Assembly: GCA_031416075.1 (NCBI GenBank)
Contig: JANOSY010000020.1
Span: 1 to 63,412 of the forward strand
Length of the DNA stretch: 63,412 nt
Source of the DNA: Candidatus Tenderia sp.
Lineage (GTDB): Bacteria > Pseudomonadota > Gammaproteobacteria > Tenderiales > Tenderiaceae
Reading direction: 5' to 3'
Positions 9,036-17,716 of the stretch are shown piece after piece. The position numbers and the translations under genes were made by a program. A model generated the notes under the pieces. That model was not told the origin of the DNA, did not search any database, and saw only the letters and a program-made list of their open reading frames with translations. Every line of letters begins with the position of its first letter. Positions within the stretch are counted from its first letter, which is position 1.

Positions 9036-11396
9036 TTAACGGTTGAAGAGCTGCTTTAGTTTGTCTTGTGTCTCGGTGCCTATTTTGTCTTTGAGCTGCT
9101 GTTTTTCAGCCTCCAGTTTTTGACGGGCGGCCTCTTTTTCTGTCTGGAGCCTGGCGTCGGCATTGGATTTGAGTTTAGCCTTTTCCTGTTGCAGCTTCTC
9201 ATTGAGTAGCGCTTTTTCCTGTTTCAGCTTCTCTTTTAGGGCCGCCTTGCCTTGTGACAGCTTCTCTTTAAGCATCTCGTCATACTGCAGATCAAACTTG
9301 GGGGCACTAAAGGGGCCGTTGATGCGTACAGGAACGGTGAGTCCTTTGAGGGCGTTGATATCTTCACCCCCTTCGCCTGCGGAGCTGCCAACAATTTTGG
9401 CAGTGATGAGGTAGTCGAGTGTTGTCTCCACGAGGTTGATGCTGCCAGCGCCGTTAACGCGGGCAAAGGGGGTCTTGGCCCCCAGGTCGCTGCCGGTGAC
9501 GATACCGTTGTTCACTAGGAAGGTGCCGCTGACTTCGCTGAAGTCGGTGGGTTTGGTGGCATTGTCGCTCAGCTTTTCGCCTTTAAGCTTGGCGCGTGCT
9601 TCACGTGCCTTGCCGGCGAGGTTGAGCCCCTTCATGGCGATGTTGGCAAAATTGAGGTTGATGGTGCCGTTGAGTGTTTTTGTTATCGCATCGGCATCAT
9701 GCCCTTGTGCGGTGAGGTTGAGGTTGAGTGTGCCTTTGCCGCTGACCATGTCGTCGTTCATAAAGTCTTTAAGCAGTGGCCCCGCCTGGATGTTGTGCAG
9801 TGACTCCTTGAGGGTGAATTTTGGCATGTTGCCACGGGCATCAAGGGTGGTGTCGCCCTCGTAACTGCCCTGATAGAGTTTGGCGCTGACGGGGGCGAGT
9901 CGGACCACGCCATCTTTGGCCTTGATGGTGGTCTGGATATCATCCAGCTGCATGTTGGAGATTTTCAGTTTGCCAATGTTGGCTTTGCCGTCGATGTCGA
10001 GATTACGCAGCATCTCCATGGGTAGCTGTGCCGCGGCGGCAGCACCGCTGCTGGAGGTGGGCGTGGCTGGCGTGGTGGTGGTTGCGCCACTGTCGCTGGC
10101 TGGGGCCAGGTAGCGGTCGGCGTCGATGGCATCCAGGCTGAGCTGGTAGCGTACCGCTGGCAGGGGTTGGGTATCGCTGAGCTCAGCGTCAATGCTGCCT
10201 TGCAGTGTGGTCTCATCAAGTTTGAGTTTCAGCGGTTTGATGTGAATGGAGCTGGGAGTGGTATTCACAAGTTTAAGTTCCAGTGTGGCCTTGTTGAGTG
10301 CGTTGGGGTCGGCAGTGACTGGTGCGGCCATGGCCATGTTTTTGAAGAGGGTGCGTGGGCTGAACTCGGCAATGCGTAGATCGCCATTGAGTAGTGGTGT
10401 CTCCATGATGTTGCTGGCGCTGATAATGCCCTGAATGTTGAGTCCATAGCTGCTGAGCTTCAGGTTGTTGAACTGCGCGGTCTGCTCCTGCAGATGCAGG
10501 TTGATGTCGGCAGCAAGCTCCAGCGCGGCCTTGCCACCGGGCAGGCTTGGGTTGCTGATGTTGGCGGTGAGTGTGGTGGGGCTGAGGCTGTAGCGCTGGT
10601 TGGCCAGATCGATGTCGATGTTGCTGTCGAGTACCAGCTGGCCACTGCTGTTGAAGCCGTTGTTGCTGGCATCCGGGCTGTTGAAGTCAAAGCTGAGGTG
10701 CAGGTTTTCAAGGCGGTGTTGCTCAAACTTTTCTATATCCGCGATGACACGTACCTTGATACCGAGAGTGCCGTTGATGTTGGGTTTGCTGCTGCTGAGT
10801 TTGCTGTTGAGCTCTATATCCAGTGGTGTGTTAAGTGCGACGGGGCCGGTGGTGAGGTCCAGCGACTCGATGGCGTAGCGTGAGCCGGTGGCGCGATTGT
10901 CATAGATTACCTGGGCATCGCTGATGGCGAGGCCGCCGATCACCAGTGCCGCCAGTGGGGTAGAGCCGCCTGCTGGTGTCTCATCGACGGCGGCGGTGCG
11001 GTCGCCACTGGCGAGGTCGCTCCAGTTGTCGTTGCCATCCTCTGTGACCATCAGGTTGAGCCGCAGCCCCTGCAGGGTGACAGTCTTCATCTCTATTTCA
11101 CGCCTAAGCAACGGCATGAGTTTGAGTTTTACGTCGGCCCCCTCAATGCGGGCGAAGGGCTGGTCACCAAAACCAGCCGCGTTGCTGAGCTGCATCGCCC
11201 CCAGCTCCATGCCGATCCAGGGGAAGAGCGAGAGTTTGATGTTGCCTTCGATGGTGAGATCGCGGCCAGTGGCCTCTTTGGCGGCCTGGCTGATCTGCGG
11301 TTTGTAGTCGTTGAGGTCGACGAAAAACGGGATAATAATGATCAATGCGATCAGCAGGCCAAGGGTGATGCCGGTGTACTTGAGGGCTTTGGACAT
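9036..11396 (-). CDS. asmA: AsmA family protein
   Basis: N-terminal anchor then DLNDYKPQI...ATGRDLTIEGNIKLSLFPW; LYQGSY; VPVRINGPFSAP. Confidence 0.9.
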   Translation of the reverse strand: MSKALKYTGITLGLLIALIIIIPFFVDLNDYKPQISQAAKEATGRDLTIEGNIKLSLFPWIGMELGAMQLSNAAGFGDQPFARIEGADVKLKLMPLLRREIEMKTVTLQGLRLNLMVTEDGNDNWSDLASGDRTAAVDETPAGGSTPLAALVIGGLAISDAQVIYDNRATGSRYAIESLDLTTGPVALNTPLDIELNSKLSSSKPNINGTLGIKVRVIADIEKFEQHRLENLHLSFDFNSPDASNNGFNSSGQLVLDSNIDIDLANQRYSLSPTTLTANISNPSLPGGKAALELAADINLHLQEQTAQFNNLKLSSYGLNIQGIISASNIMETPLLNGDLRIAEFSPRTLFKNMAMAAPVTADPNALNKATLELKLVNTTPSSIHIKPLKLKLDETTLQGSIDAELSDTQPLPAVRYQLSLDAIDADRYLAPASDSGATTTTPATPTSSSGAAAAAQLPMEMLRNLDIDGKANIGKLKISNMQLDDIQTTIKAKDGVVRLAPVSAKLYQGSYEGDTTLDARGNMPKFTLKESLHNIQAGPLLKDFMNDDMVSGKGTLNLNLTAQGHDADAITKTLNGTINLNFANIAMKGLNLAGKAREARAKLKGEKLSDNATKPTDFSEVSGTFLVNNGIVTGSDLGAKTPFARVNGAGSINLVETTLDYLITAKIVGSSAGEGGEDINALKGLTVPVRINGPFSAPKFDLQYDEMLKEKLSQGKAALKEKLKQEKALLNEKLQQEKAKLKSNADARLQTEKEAARQKLEAEKQQLKDKIGTETQDKLKQLFNR

Positions 11397-11531
11397 GGCG
11401 GCGCTCTTCTGTTTCGATGGCGAATTGGTTACGTTAACTGATGTGTCAGGAGTAAGCCAGTCATACTGCTCTGCGGCTGGGTTATGCTATGTACCTGATC
11501 GAATGGGATGAAAGAGGCGTTATGAATTCAA

Positions 11532-11942
11532 ATGGCTGAAATAAAAATCGATCTCCTGGAGTTCAAGAGTAACAGTGGGGGGGGGGGCCGGGGGGAGCTG
11601 CATACTGCGGTGTTGACGACGGGCGACCGCATCAAACGGACCGCCAGAGGCGTGGCGATCACATTGGGGCTGGGGGTGCTGGCAGTTTTTATCCCGGTCT
11701 TTCACTGGGTGTTGGTGCCGATCTTTCTGGTGGCGTTGCCGGTGGTTGGATTTTACATCTACCGCGCGACGGCATTGGTGGATAAGGCGGTGGGAGAGTG
11801 CCCCGAGTGTCGTCAGGAGGTTGTTCTCGCACTTGCCCCGCAGACCCGCGTCCCACATTGGACCTACTGTCCCGCCTGCAACAAGCCACTGCAGCTGGTG
11901 TATGATGCAACCCCTGATTTGGCAGTGAAGAGTGAAGAGTAG
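11532..11942 (+). CDS. Hypothetical membrane protein with C-terminal zinc ribbon
   Basis: Two TM helices then CPEC...CPAC. Confidence 0.75.
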   Translation: MAEIKIDLLEFKSNSGGGGRGELHTAVLTTGDRIKRTARGVAITLGLGVLAVFIPVFHWVLVPIFLVALPVVGFYIYRATALVDKAVGECPECRQEVVLALAPQTRVPHWTYCPACNKPLQLVYDATPDLAVKSEE

Positions 11943-11945
11943 ATT

Positions 11946-12047
11946 ATGCGATCATTAATGGCGTTTATGGTTATAGGCATGATGGTGGTGGGAGGGACCG
12001 CCTCCATTACACTGCTGCTCTACCTGCTGGGCATTATCGGCCAGTAG
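11946..12047 (+). CDS. Putative small hydrophobic membrane peptide (33 aa)
   Basis: Manual translation MRSLMAFMVIGMMVVGGTASITLLLYLLGIIGQ*; starts 3 bp after the upstream stop and ends before a terminator. Confidence 0.45.
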   Translation: MRSLMAFMVIGMMVVGGTASITLLLYLLGIIGQ

Positions 12048-12072
12048 CCGCTGCAGCGTGGATTGAGTGGTC

Positions 12073-12098
12073 AGCCTCACCTTTGGAGGGGCTTTTTT
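12073..12098 (+). terminator. Intrinsic terminator
   Basis: AGCCTC..GGGGCT stem followed by T-tract, between convergent genes. Confidence 0.5.
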
Positions 12099-14934
12099 AC
12101 GGCTGAAGAATGGGGTGTTGCTCTTTGGGTCCCGTGGCTGGGCAGCTGTTTTGCTGGTTGAGTGCCATGTGTGTGAAGGCGTTGCCGGTGAGGGCTTCGT
12201 TGTAGAGAAACCCCTGTCCTTCGGCGCAGCCGTGGCGAATCAGGAAGTTACGCTGCTCGTTGGTCTCAATGCCTTCGGCGCTGATGCGGATGTTCAGGCT
12301 CTGCCCCAAGGCAATGATGGCACAGGTGATCGCCTCGTCGCTTTTATCAAAGGGGATGTCATGGACAAACGACTGGTCGATTTTAAGTTTGTCCAACGGC
12401 AGCTGTTTGAGCTGGCTAAGGGATGAGTAGCCGGTACCAAAGTCGTCGATGGAGATCATCACCCCCAGGGCTTTTAGCTTATGCAGGGTGGTGATGGTGG
12501 AGGCCGGTTTGGCCATTAATATACTTTCGGTGATCTCCAGCTCCAGATGGCGGGCGGCCAGTCCACTCTTTTTAAGGGCGGCTTGGATAACGGTTGCCAG
12601 ATTGCCACGCTGAAACTGTAGCCCCGAGATGTTGACGGAGAGGGTCTCGATGTTGATACCCGTCGCCAGCCAGCGCTGCATCTGGGCGCAGCCGTGGGTG
12701 ATGACCCATTCACCAAGAGGAATGATCAGTCCCGACTCCTCGGCATGGCCGATGAAACTCTGTGGCTGGAGCAGCCCCTTATTGGGGTGTTGCCAGCGAA
12801 CCAGCGCCTCGGCCCCGGTTAAACGGCCACTATTGAGGTCGTATTGGGGTTGGTAATGCAGGACCAGTTCGTTGTTGTTAATGGCGTGGCGCAGCGCATT
12901 TTCGAGGCTGAGTTTTTCTGTGATGTTATCGGTCAGTTCGGTGGTATAAAAGTGGCAGGCATTGCCACCAACCTCCTTAGAGAGATACATGGCGGCGTCG
13001 GCATTTTTGATCAGGACCTCTGTGGTCAGGCCATCCTGGGGATAGAGGGCAATGCCGATGCTGAGGGATAAGTAGAGGCTGTGGTCGTTGATCAACACCG
13101 GGGCATCAAAGGCAGACATCATCTTTTCAGCAATGATCATGGCGTCGCTATTGTCGCGCAAACTTTCAAGCAGTATCACAAACTCATCACCCCCGACTCT
13201 GGCCAGCGTGTCCTGCTCCCTTACTATGAGCTGGAGGCGGTTGGCAACGTGTTGCAGCAGCGTATCGCCAGTGGCGTGGCCCAGGCTGTCGTTGATGTTT
13301 TTGAAACGGTCCAGGTCAATAAACATAACCGCCACCTTGTTGCCAGAGCGGTTGGCCACCTGTATGGCGTGTTTTAGGCGGTCGTGGAGCAGTAGCCGGT
13401 TGGGCAGATGGGTTAATGGATCGTGGTGGGCAAGAAAATCGAGCCTCTCCTGAGTCTTTTTCTGCAGTGCAATATCCTCCACACTGGACCAGATATAGGT
13501 TTCGTTATCTTTTTTTAACAACATTCCATTTAGGCGCACCGGCACCAGGTGGCCGTCCCGGTGAATGTACTCTTTCTCGTAGGGGCCATAGTGGCCGGAT
13601 TGATTGAGCTGTTTTAGGATCGCCTGCTCCGTGGCGTAATATTTTTCGGGGGTGATATCCCAGTAACTGCAGTTTATGGTGTCGCTGATGGTACGGCCAA
13701 TGATACTGGCGTAGGCTGCGTTGATATCGACCAATTCGCCACTCATGCGACAGAGTGCCAGCCCAATCGGGCTGTTTTCAAAGAGCATGCGGTTGTACTG
13801 CTCACTCTCTTTTAGGCGGTTCTCTGCCGCTTTGCGCGGCGTGATGTCGCGGATGGTCTGGACCATTCCCTGCTGTGTGGCGCTGATGTTGATCGGTGAC
13901 AGTGCGTAGTCAAAAAAACGGTTTTTAGTGGGGGCGTAAAGCTCCACATTGCGGATGCTCCGGCCATGTTTGATCGCCTCACAGATGGGGCAGAGTGTAT
14001 TGTCGGTACTGGCAGGATGGTAGAGCTGGTGGCAGTGCTGGTCCAGGACATCGGCGAGGGGGAGTTGCACCAGCGCGGTGGCGGCCTGATTGGCCTGTTG
14101 AATGATGCCGTTGCTATCCACCACGATGGTGGCGTCAGGCACAGCATCATAGGTATTGGCGGTCCTGGCCATAGCCAGAAAGGGTCTCTCCAGGGTGGTG
14201 CGCATGGTGGCTAAAAAGATCAGCCAGAAGGAGAAAAGCTTGAAGATGTGGCCAACCAGGTTGGCTGTTTCATCCAGTGTCACAAAGAGTGTAAACGCCA
14301 GCTCGGCAGCGATGGTGAAGGCGATGGCCAGGAATATCATCGTCTGGGTTTTTGGCTCAAGCAGATGGCGGTTGCGCCACAGCAGGAGTGCGGCAATAAC
14401 GAGCAGACTGATAATGGTGTATTCGGCAATGATCTTGAACGGTGTTAAACCAATACCCTCAATGAATACGTCGGGGAAGGCGGTGCTGATCGCCAGCAGT
14501 GACATAAGCATGGCCACGGTGCCAACGATGAGTAACACCGGTTCACGTCGCAGGGAGTGGTTTAAGTAGCGGCAGGCAATCAGCAGTACCAGCGCCTCCA
14601 GGGCACGGGCGGCGAGCCATAGTCGTATTGAATACTCCGGAGTAGTGAGGGAGAAGATGCCAAAATCTTTGTAGGTAAGGGTGTGAAACAGGTCGATGAT
14701 GGCGACCCAAAAATACCCAATCCCCAGAAACATCAAAAAGTTGTTCTTGGTGAAGGGGTACATATTCCAGGCAACAACCGCCAAGGTGATGGCGATACCA
14801 ATGGCAAGAAACTCCGCCAGTGTATGGAAAAGCGGGTAGTTGTAGTGGCTGATAGCGATGAGCAGGCTGGCGAGAAGGGACGGCACGGCCCAAGGCCAGT
14901 GGTTGAAGCTTGAGGTTTGGGCCTTTGAAGCCAT
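12097..14934 (-). CDS. MASE3-PAS-PAS-GGDEF-EAL diguanylate cyclase/phosphodiesterase
   Basis: NYPLFHTLAE/DLFHTLTYK MASE3 membrane domain; two PAS domains; REQD I-site plus GGDEF; EALVRW and DDFGTGYSSL. Confidence 0.95.
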   Translation of the reverse strand: MASKAQTSSFNHWPWAVPSLLASLLIAISHYNYPLFHTLAEFLAIGIAITLAVVAWNMYPFTKNNFLMFLGIGYFWVAIIDLFHTLTYKDFGIFSLTTPEYSIRLWLAARALEALVLLIACRYLNHSLRREPVLLIVGTVAMLMSLLAISTAFPDVFIEGIGLTPFKIIAEYTIISLLVIAALLLWRNRHLLEPKTQTMIFLAIAFTIAAELAFTLFVTLDETANLVGHIFKLFSFWLIFLATMRTTLERPFLAMARTANTYDAVPDATIVVDSNGIIQQANQAATALVQLPLADVLDQHCHQLYHPASTDNTLCPICEAIKHGRSIRNVELYAPTKNRFFDYALSPINISATQQGMVQTIRDITPRKAAENRLKESEQYNRMLFENSPIGLALCRMSGELVDINAAYASIIGRTISDTINCSYWDITPEKYYATEQAILKQLNQSGHYGPYEKEYIHRDGHLVPVRLNGMLLKKDNETYIWSSVEDIALQKKTQERLDFLAHHDPLTHLPNRLLLHDRLKHAIQVANRSGNKVAVMFIDLDRFKNINDSLGHATGDTLLQHVANRLQLIVREQDTLARVGGDEFVILLESLRDNSDAMIIAEKMMSAFDAPVLINDHSLYLSLSIGIALYPQDGLTTEVLIKNADAAMYLSKEVGGNACHFYTTELTDNITEKLSLENALRHAINNNELVLHYQPQYDLNSGRLTGAEALVRWQHPNKGLLQPQSFIGHAEESGLIIPLGEWVITHGCAQMQRWLATGINIETLSVNISGLQFQRGNLATVIQAALKKSGLAARHLELEITESILMAKPASTITTLHKLKALGVMISIDDFGTGYSSLSQLKQLPLDKLKIDQSFVHDIPFDKSDEAITCAIIALGQSLNIRISAEGIETNEQRNFLIRHGCAEGQGFLYNEALTGNAFTHMALNQQNSCPATGPKEQHPILQP

Positions 14935-15077
14935 GCAGTTCCTTTTTTTAGAGGTTGGCCAGCCAGACGACGATGGATGTCAGGTAGTTGTTGGTGCCCG
15001 GCGGCAACACATCTTCACCATAGCCGACGTGGCGGTAGGTGAATAGAGACTGTTTTTAGGGTTTTTGCAGGGGAGGC

Positions 15078-15151
15078 TGGAGCGGGTGAAGGGAATCGAA
15101 CCCTCGTATGCAGCTTGGGAAGCTGCCGTTCTACCATTGAACTACACCCGC
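15078..15151 (-). tRNA. tRNA-Gly (CCC)
   Basis: Reverse complement GCGGGTGTAGTTCAATGGTAGAACGGCAGCTTCCCAAGCTGCATACGAGGGTTCGATTCCCTTCACCCGCTCCA; anticodon CCC; encoded CCA. Confidence 0.97.
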
Positions 15152-15188
15152 AAAGCGCGGCCATCTTAACCGAAATTGCGGCGCGGCT

Positions 15189-17078
15189 CTAGCGCTCTGG
15201 TGGTGTTGATGGCAGATTCTGCTGCACCTGTTGTTGTAGCTGTGTCTGCAGCAGCGCTATTTTTTGAGGATCGGCGGCCAACGCTTCAAGCTGTTTGATG
15301 TAGTGGCGCGCACCATCCAGGTCGTTGCTGGCCAATTTAACGGCGGCCAGATTGAAGAGTGACTGGGTATCATCGGCGTTGAGCAGTACCGCAGTTTCCA
15401 GATAGGGCAGTATCTCTTGTGGCGGACGCCCCTGATACATGTAGATCTGGCCGATCCAGCGGTTTGCCTCGCTGTTCTCTTTGATGCTGTTGGTGGCGAT
15501 CAGGAGTGGCAGGGCCTGATCAAACTGTCTCTGGCTTAGCAGTGCCTGGATGGCGGGCAGGTAAAACTCGATGTTGTACGGGGCCGCGCTGACGAGGGCG
15601 AGGTATTCGCGCATGGCCAGTGCCGGTTCGCCCAATGATTCGTAGTGGCGCGCCATCTGGATATGGCCATCAAAATAGCTGATCTCATTTTTAAAACTGC
15701 GGTAGGCAACGGCCTCTGCCTGACTGTTGGCCTTGAAATTGGCGATGGTGCGTTCGCCCGGCCCCTTGGGTGGGTAGGGCCAGTGGTCGGTGAGGTTGAT
15801 GATGCGGATCTCGCCTAAAGCGCGGTCGAAGTCGGTGATGGGCCAGGCGCGGCGATAGAGGGCGGTCGGCAGCATGTTTTTGTCGTCCCATTTATCGCTG
15901 ATAAATCTGTTTTCATGCAGGGTGTCGAAGAAGGCCTCGCTCATCAGCAGATAGCCTTCAACATTGGGGTGCAGGTGCTCCAGCATCAATTCGGCACCGA
16001 CAATATTGTTGGTGGAGGCCTTCTCGAAGTAGCGGCGCATCGCTACCACCGGGGCGTTGAACTCCCCGGCTACCTTGTGGATTATGGCGTTGAACTCCTC
16101 CGGCGCACGAAACCGCAGCCCATCCAGATCCTTGGCCCAGCGGTAACTTTCGTTGGCCATGCCATACATCTGCTGCTGCTCCAGCTGCTGTGCCCAGGCG
16201 TAGGCGATGTCGGCGGGCAGGTGTTCACCATCATCCACCGAGACAAAGGGCCGCTGGTCGCGCAGGTTGCTGACCAGCTCGCTGATCACGACCGGCACCC
16301 CGGCAGCCTTGGCCTTGGCCATGATCTGGCGCAGATTGGCCTCGTAGTTGGCCTTCGCAATCTGGTATGTCGGGCTGTTGTAGGGGATGCTGCGTTCGCC
16401 CACCATCCGCCCCATCAGGGTAGAAAATTGGTTGCCAGATGGGGCACCCAACTGATGGATGAGGGCGTTGAGGCCATTGCGAACCAGCTGTACGGTTTTA
16501 AGCTGTAGCAGTTTTAGATAGGTGGTGATCAGCCAGCGCGACTGTCCAACAGAGTTGGAAGAGGCCGCCCCCAGCGCACCGTAAAATTCGTTGTGGCCGG
16601 CATAGATCAGAATAGCGTCGGGCTGTTGTGCCAGGATCTCATCCATAAAATCGATCAGGGTAAAGCTGTTCACGGCAGCGATGCCGGTATTGACCACCTC
16701 TATCTGTCTGTCAGGAAAGACGTCGGCGAGTCGCTGTGCAAGCAGGCGCGAGAAGAGTACATTTTCCGGGTAGGGCCAGCTGGCGGTTGTCGATTCACCC
16801 ATGACAAAAATGCGGTAACCATTGTCTGGCTTGTTGAGTCGGAACAGCTCCGTGGGTGGTCCCGGGATGTAACCCTGCCGGGGAAAGTAGCGCTGGGCAA
16901 CCAGCGGGTTGGTCATTAAATGGGGCTCGTTGTGCCCTTTTTCGGGGGCGGCGATGAAGAGCTGTTGATCGTCACCGTAGTTAAAGGCGCGCAGCCCTAG
17001 CTCAAACAGCACAAAAAAGAGCAACGGGATGGAGAGTGCCAGGGTGTAAAACAGGTAGAGCCTTTTTCCGGTTGCCAT
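15189..17078 (-). CDS. Membrane-anchored SGNH/GDSL hydrolase-family protein with C-terminal TPRs
   Basis: N-terminal TM plus ELGLR; FVMGESTT (block I), YAGHNE (block III), EHLHP (block V); TPR-like helices. Confidence 0.85.
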   Translation of the reverse strand: MATGKRLYLFYTLALSIPLLFFVLFELGLRAFNYGDDQQLFIAAPEKGHNEPHLMTNPLVAQRYFPRQGYIPGPPTELFRLNKPDNGYRIFVMGESTTASWPYPENVLFSRLLAQRLADVFPDRQIEVVNTGIAAVNSFTLIDFMDEILAQQPDAILIYAGHNEFYGALGAASSNSVGQSRWLITTYLKLLQLKTVQLVRNGLNALIHQLGAPSGNQFSTLMGRMVGERSIPYNSPTYQIAKANYEANLRQIMAKAKAAGVPVVISELVSNLRDQRPFVSVDDGEHLPADIAYAWAQQLEQQQMYGMANESYRWAKDLDGLRFRAPEEFNAIIHKVAGEFNAPVVAMRRYFEKASTNNIVGAELMLEHLHPNVEGYLLMSEAFFDTLHENRFISDKWDDKNMLPTALYRRAWPITDFDRALGEIRIINLTDHWPYPPKGPGERTIANFKANSQAEAVAYRSFKNEISYFDGHIQMARHYESLGEPALAMREYLALVSAAPYNIEFYLPAIQALLSQRQFDQALPLLIATNSIKENSEANRWIGQIYMYQGRPPQEILPYLETAVLLNADDTQSLFNLAAVKLASNDLDGARHYIKQLEALAADPQKIALLQTQLQQQVQQNLPSTPPER

Positions 17079-17165
17079 CGTTGCGCGGTTGATCTCTTGA
17101 TTGGGTTTGGGGTTGAATTGCGATTAAGATAGCGGCCCTGCGGTCGATAGTTTGATCAGGAAAAA

Positions 17166-17567
17166 ATGAGTCACATGATGATGTTAGCAACATACCGGAT
17201 GGAAAAACAGGTAGCACTATTGCTGGCGGCCATCCTGATGGTAGTGGCGGTCTGGCCACTATTCAGTGGTGGTATGTTGGTTTGGCCATGGTTGGCGGCG
17301 GCGCTGTTGCTATTGCTGCTGGCGTGGTGGCGACCGGCATGGCTGACCCCCCTGGCCAACGGTTGGTCGCGGCTTGGCCACTGGTTGGGTACTTTGAATA
17401 GCTACATCATCTTGGCGCTGCTGTTTTTTCTGGTGATTACCCCTGTGGCACTGCTATTTCGGTGGCGCGGGCGTGATGCGCTGCATCTCAGACAGAAAAA
17501 GTTGCACAGCTACTGGCAGACCGAGGCGCGGCAGTGGTCGCCAGAGAGTTTTAAGGATCAGTTCTGA
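17166..17567 (+). CDS. SxtJ-family membrane protein
   Basis: P..L.PL...W..LGH.LG..NS.IIL.LLFF..ITP...GRD.L...SYW...QF pattern. Confidence 0.85.
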   Translation: MSHMMMLATYRMEKQVALLLAAILMVVAVWPLFSGGMLVWPWLAAALLLLLLAWWRPAWLTPLANGWSRLGHWLGTLNSYIILALLFFLVITPVALLFRWRGRDALHLRQKKLHSYWQTEARQWSPESFKDQF

Positions 17568-17716
17568 TGGCGTTTTTAAGTGAGTTGCTGCAGTTCCTCA
17601 AACAGCGCAAAAAACTCTGGTTGCTGCCTGTGGTTGTGCTGTTGCTGCTGTTGGGGGGCATGATTGTCTTTGTGCAGGGCAGCGCCCTGGCCCCCCTGAT
17701 CTATACCGTTTTTTAG
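17567..17716 (+). CDS. SxtK-like/DUF5989 small membrane protein (49 aa)
   Basis: Not in the ORF track. MAFLSELLQFLKQRKKLWLLP...QGSALAPLIYTVF*; TGATG overlap with sxtJ-like gene. Confidence 0.9.
   Translation: MAFLSELLQFLKQRKKLWLLPVVVLLLLLGGMIVFVQGSALAPLIYTVF

Noticed and set aside
15078-15151. tRNA-Gly as the integration site of the 15-25 kb block
   Set aside because: The block lies at the tRNA 5' side, and I found no integrase and no duplicated tRNA 3' end in the window
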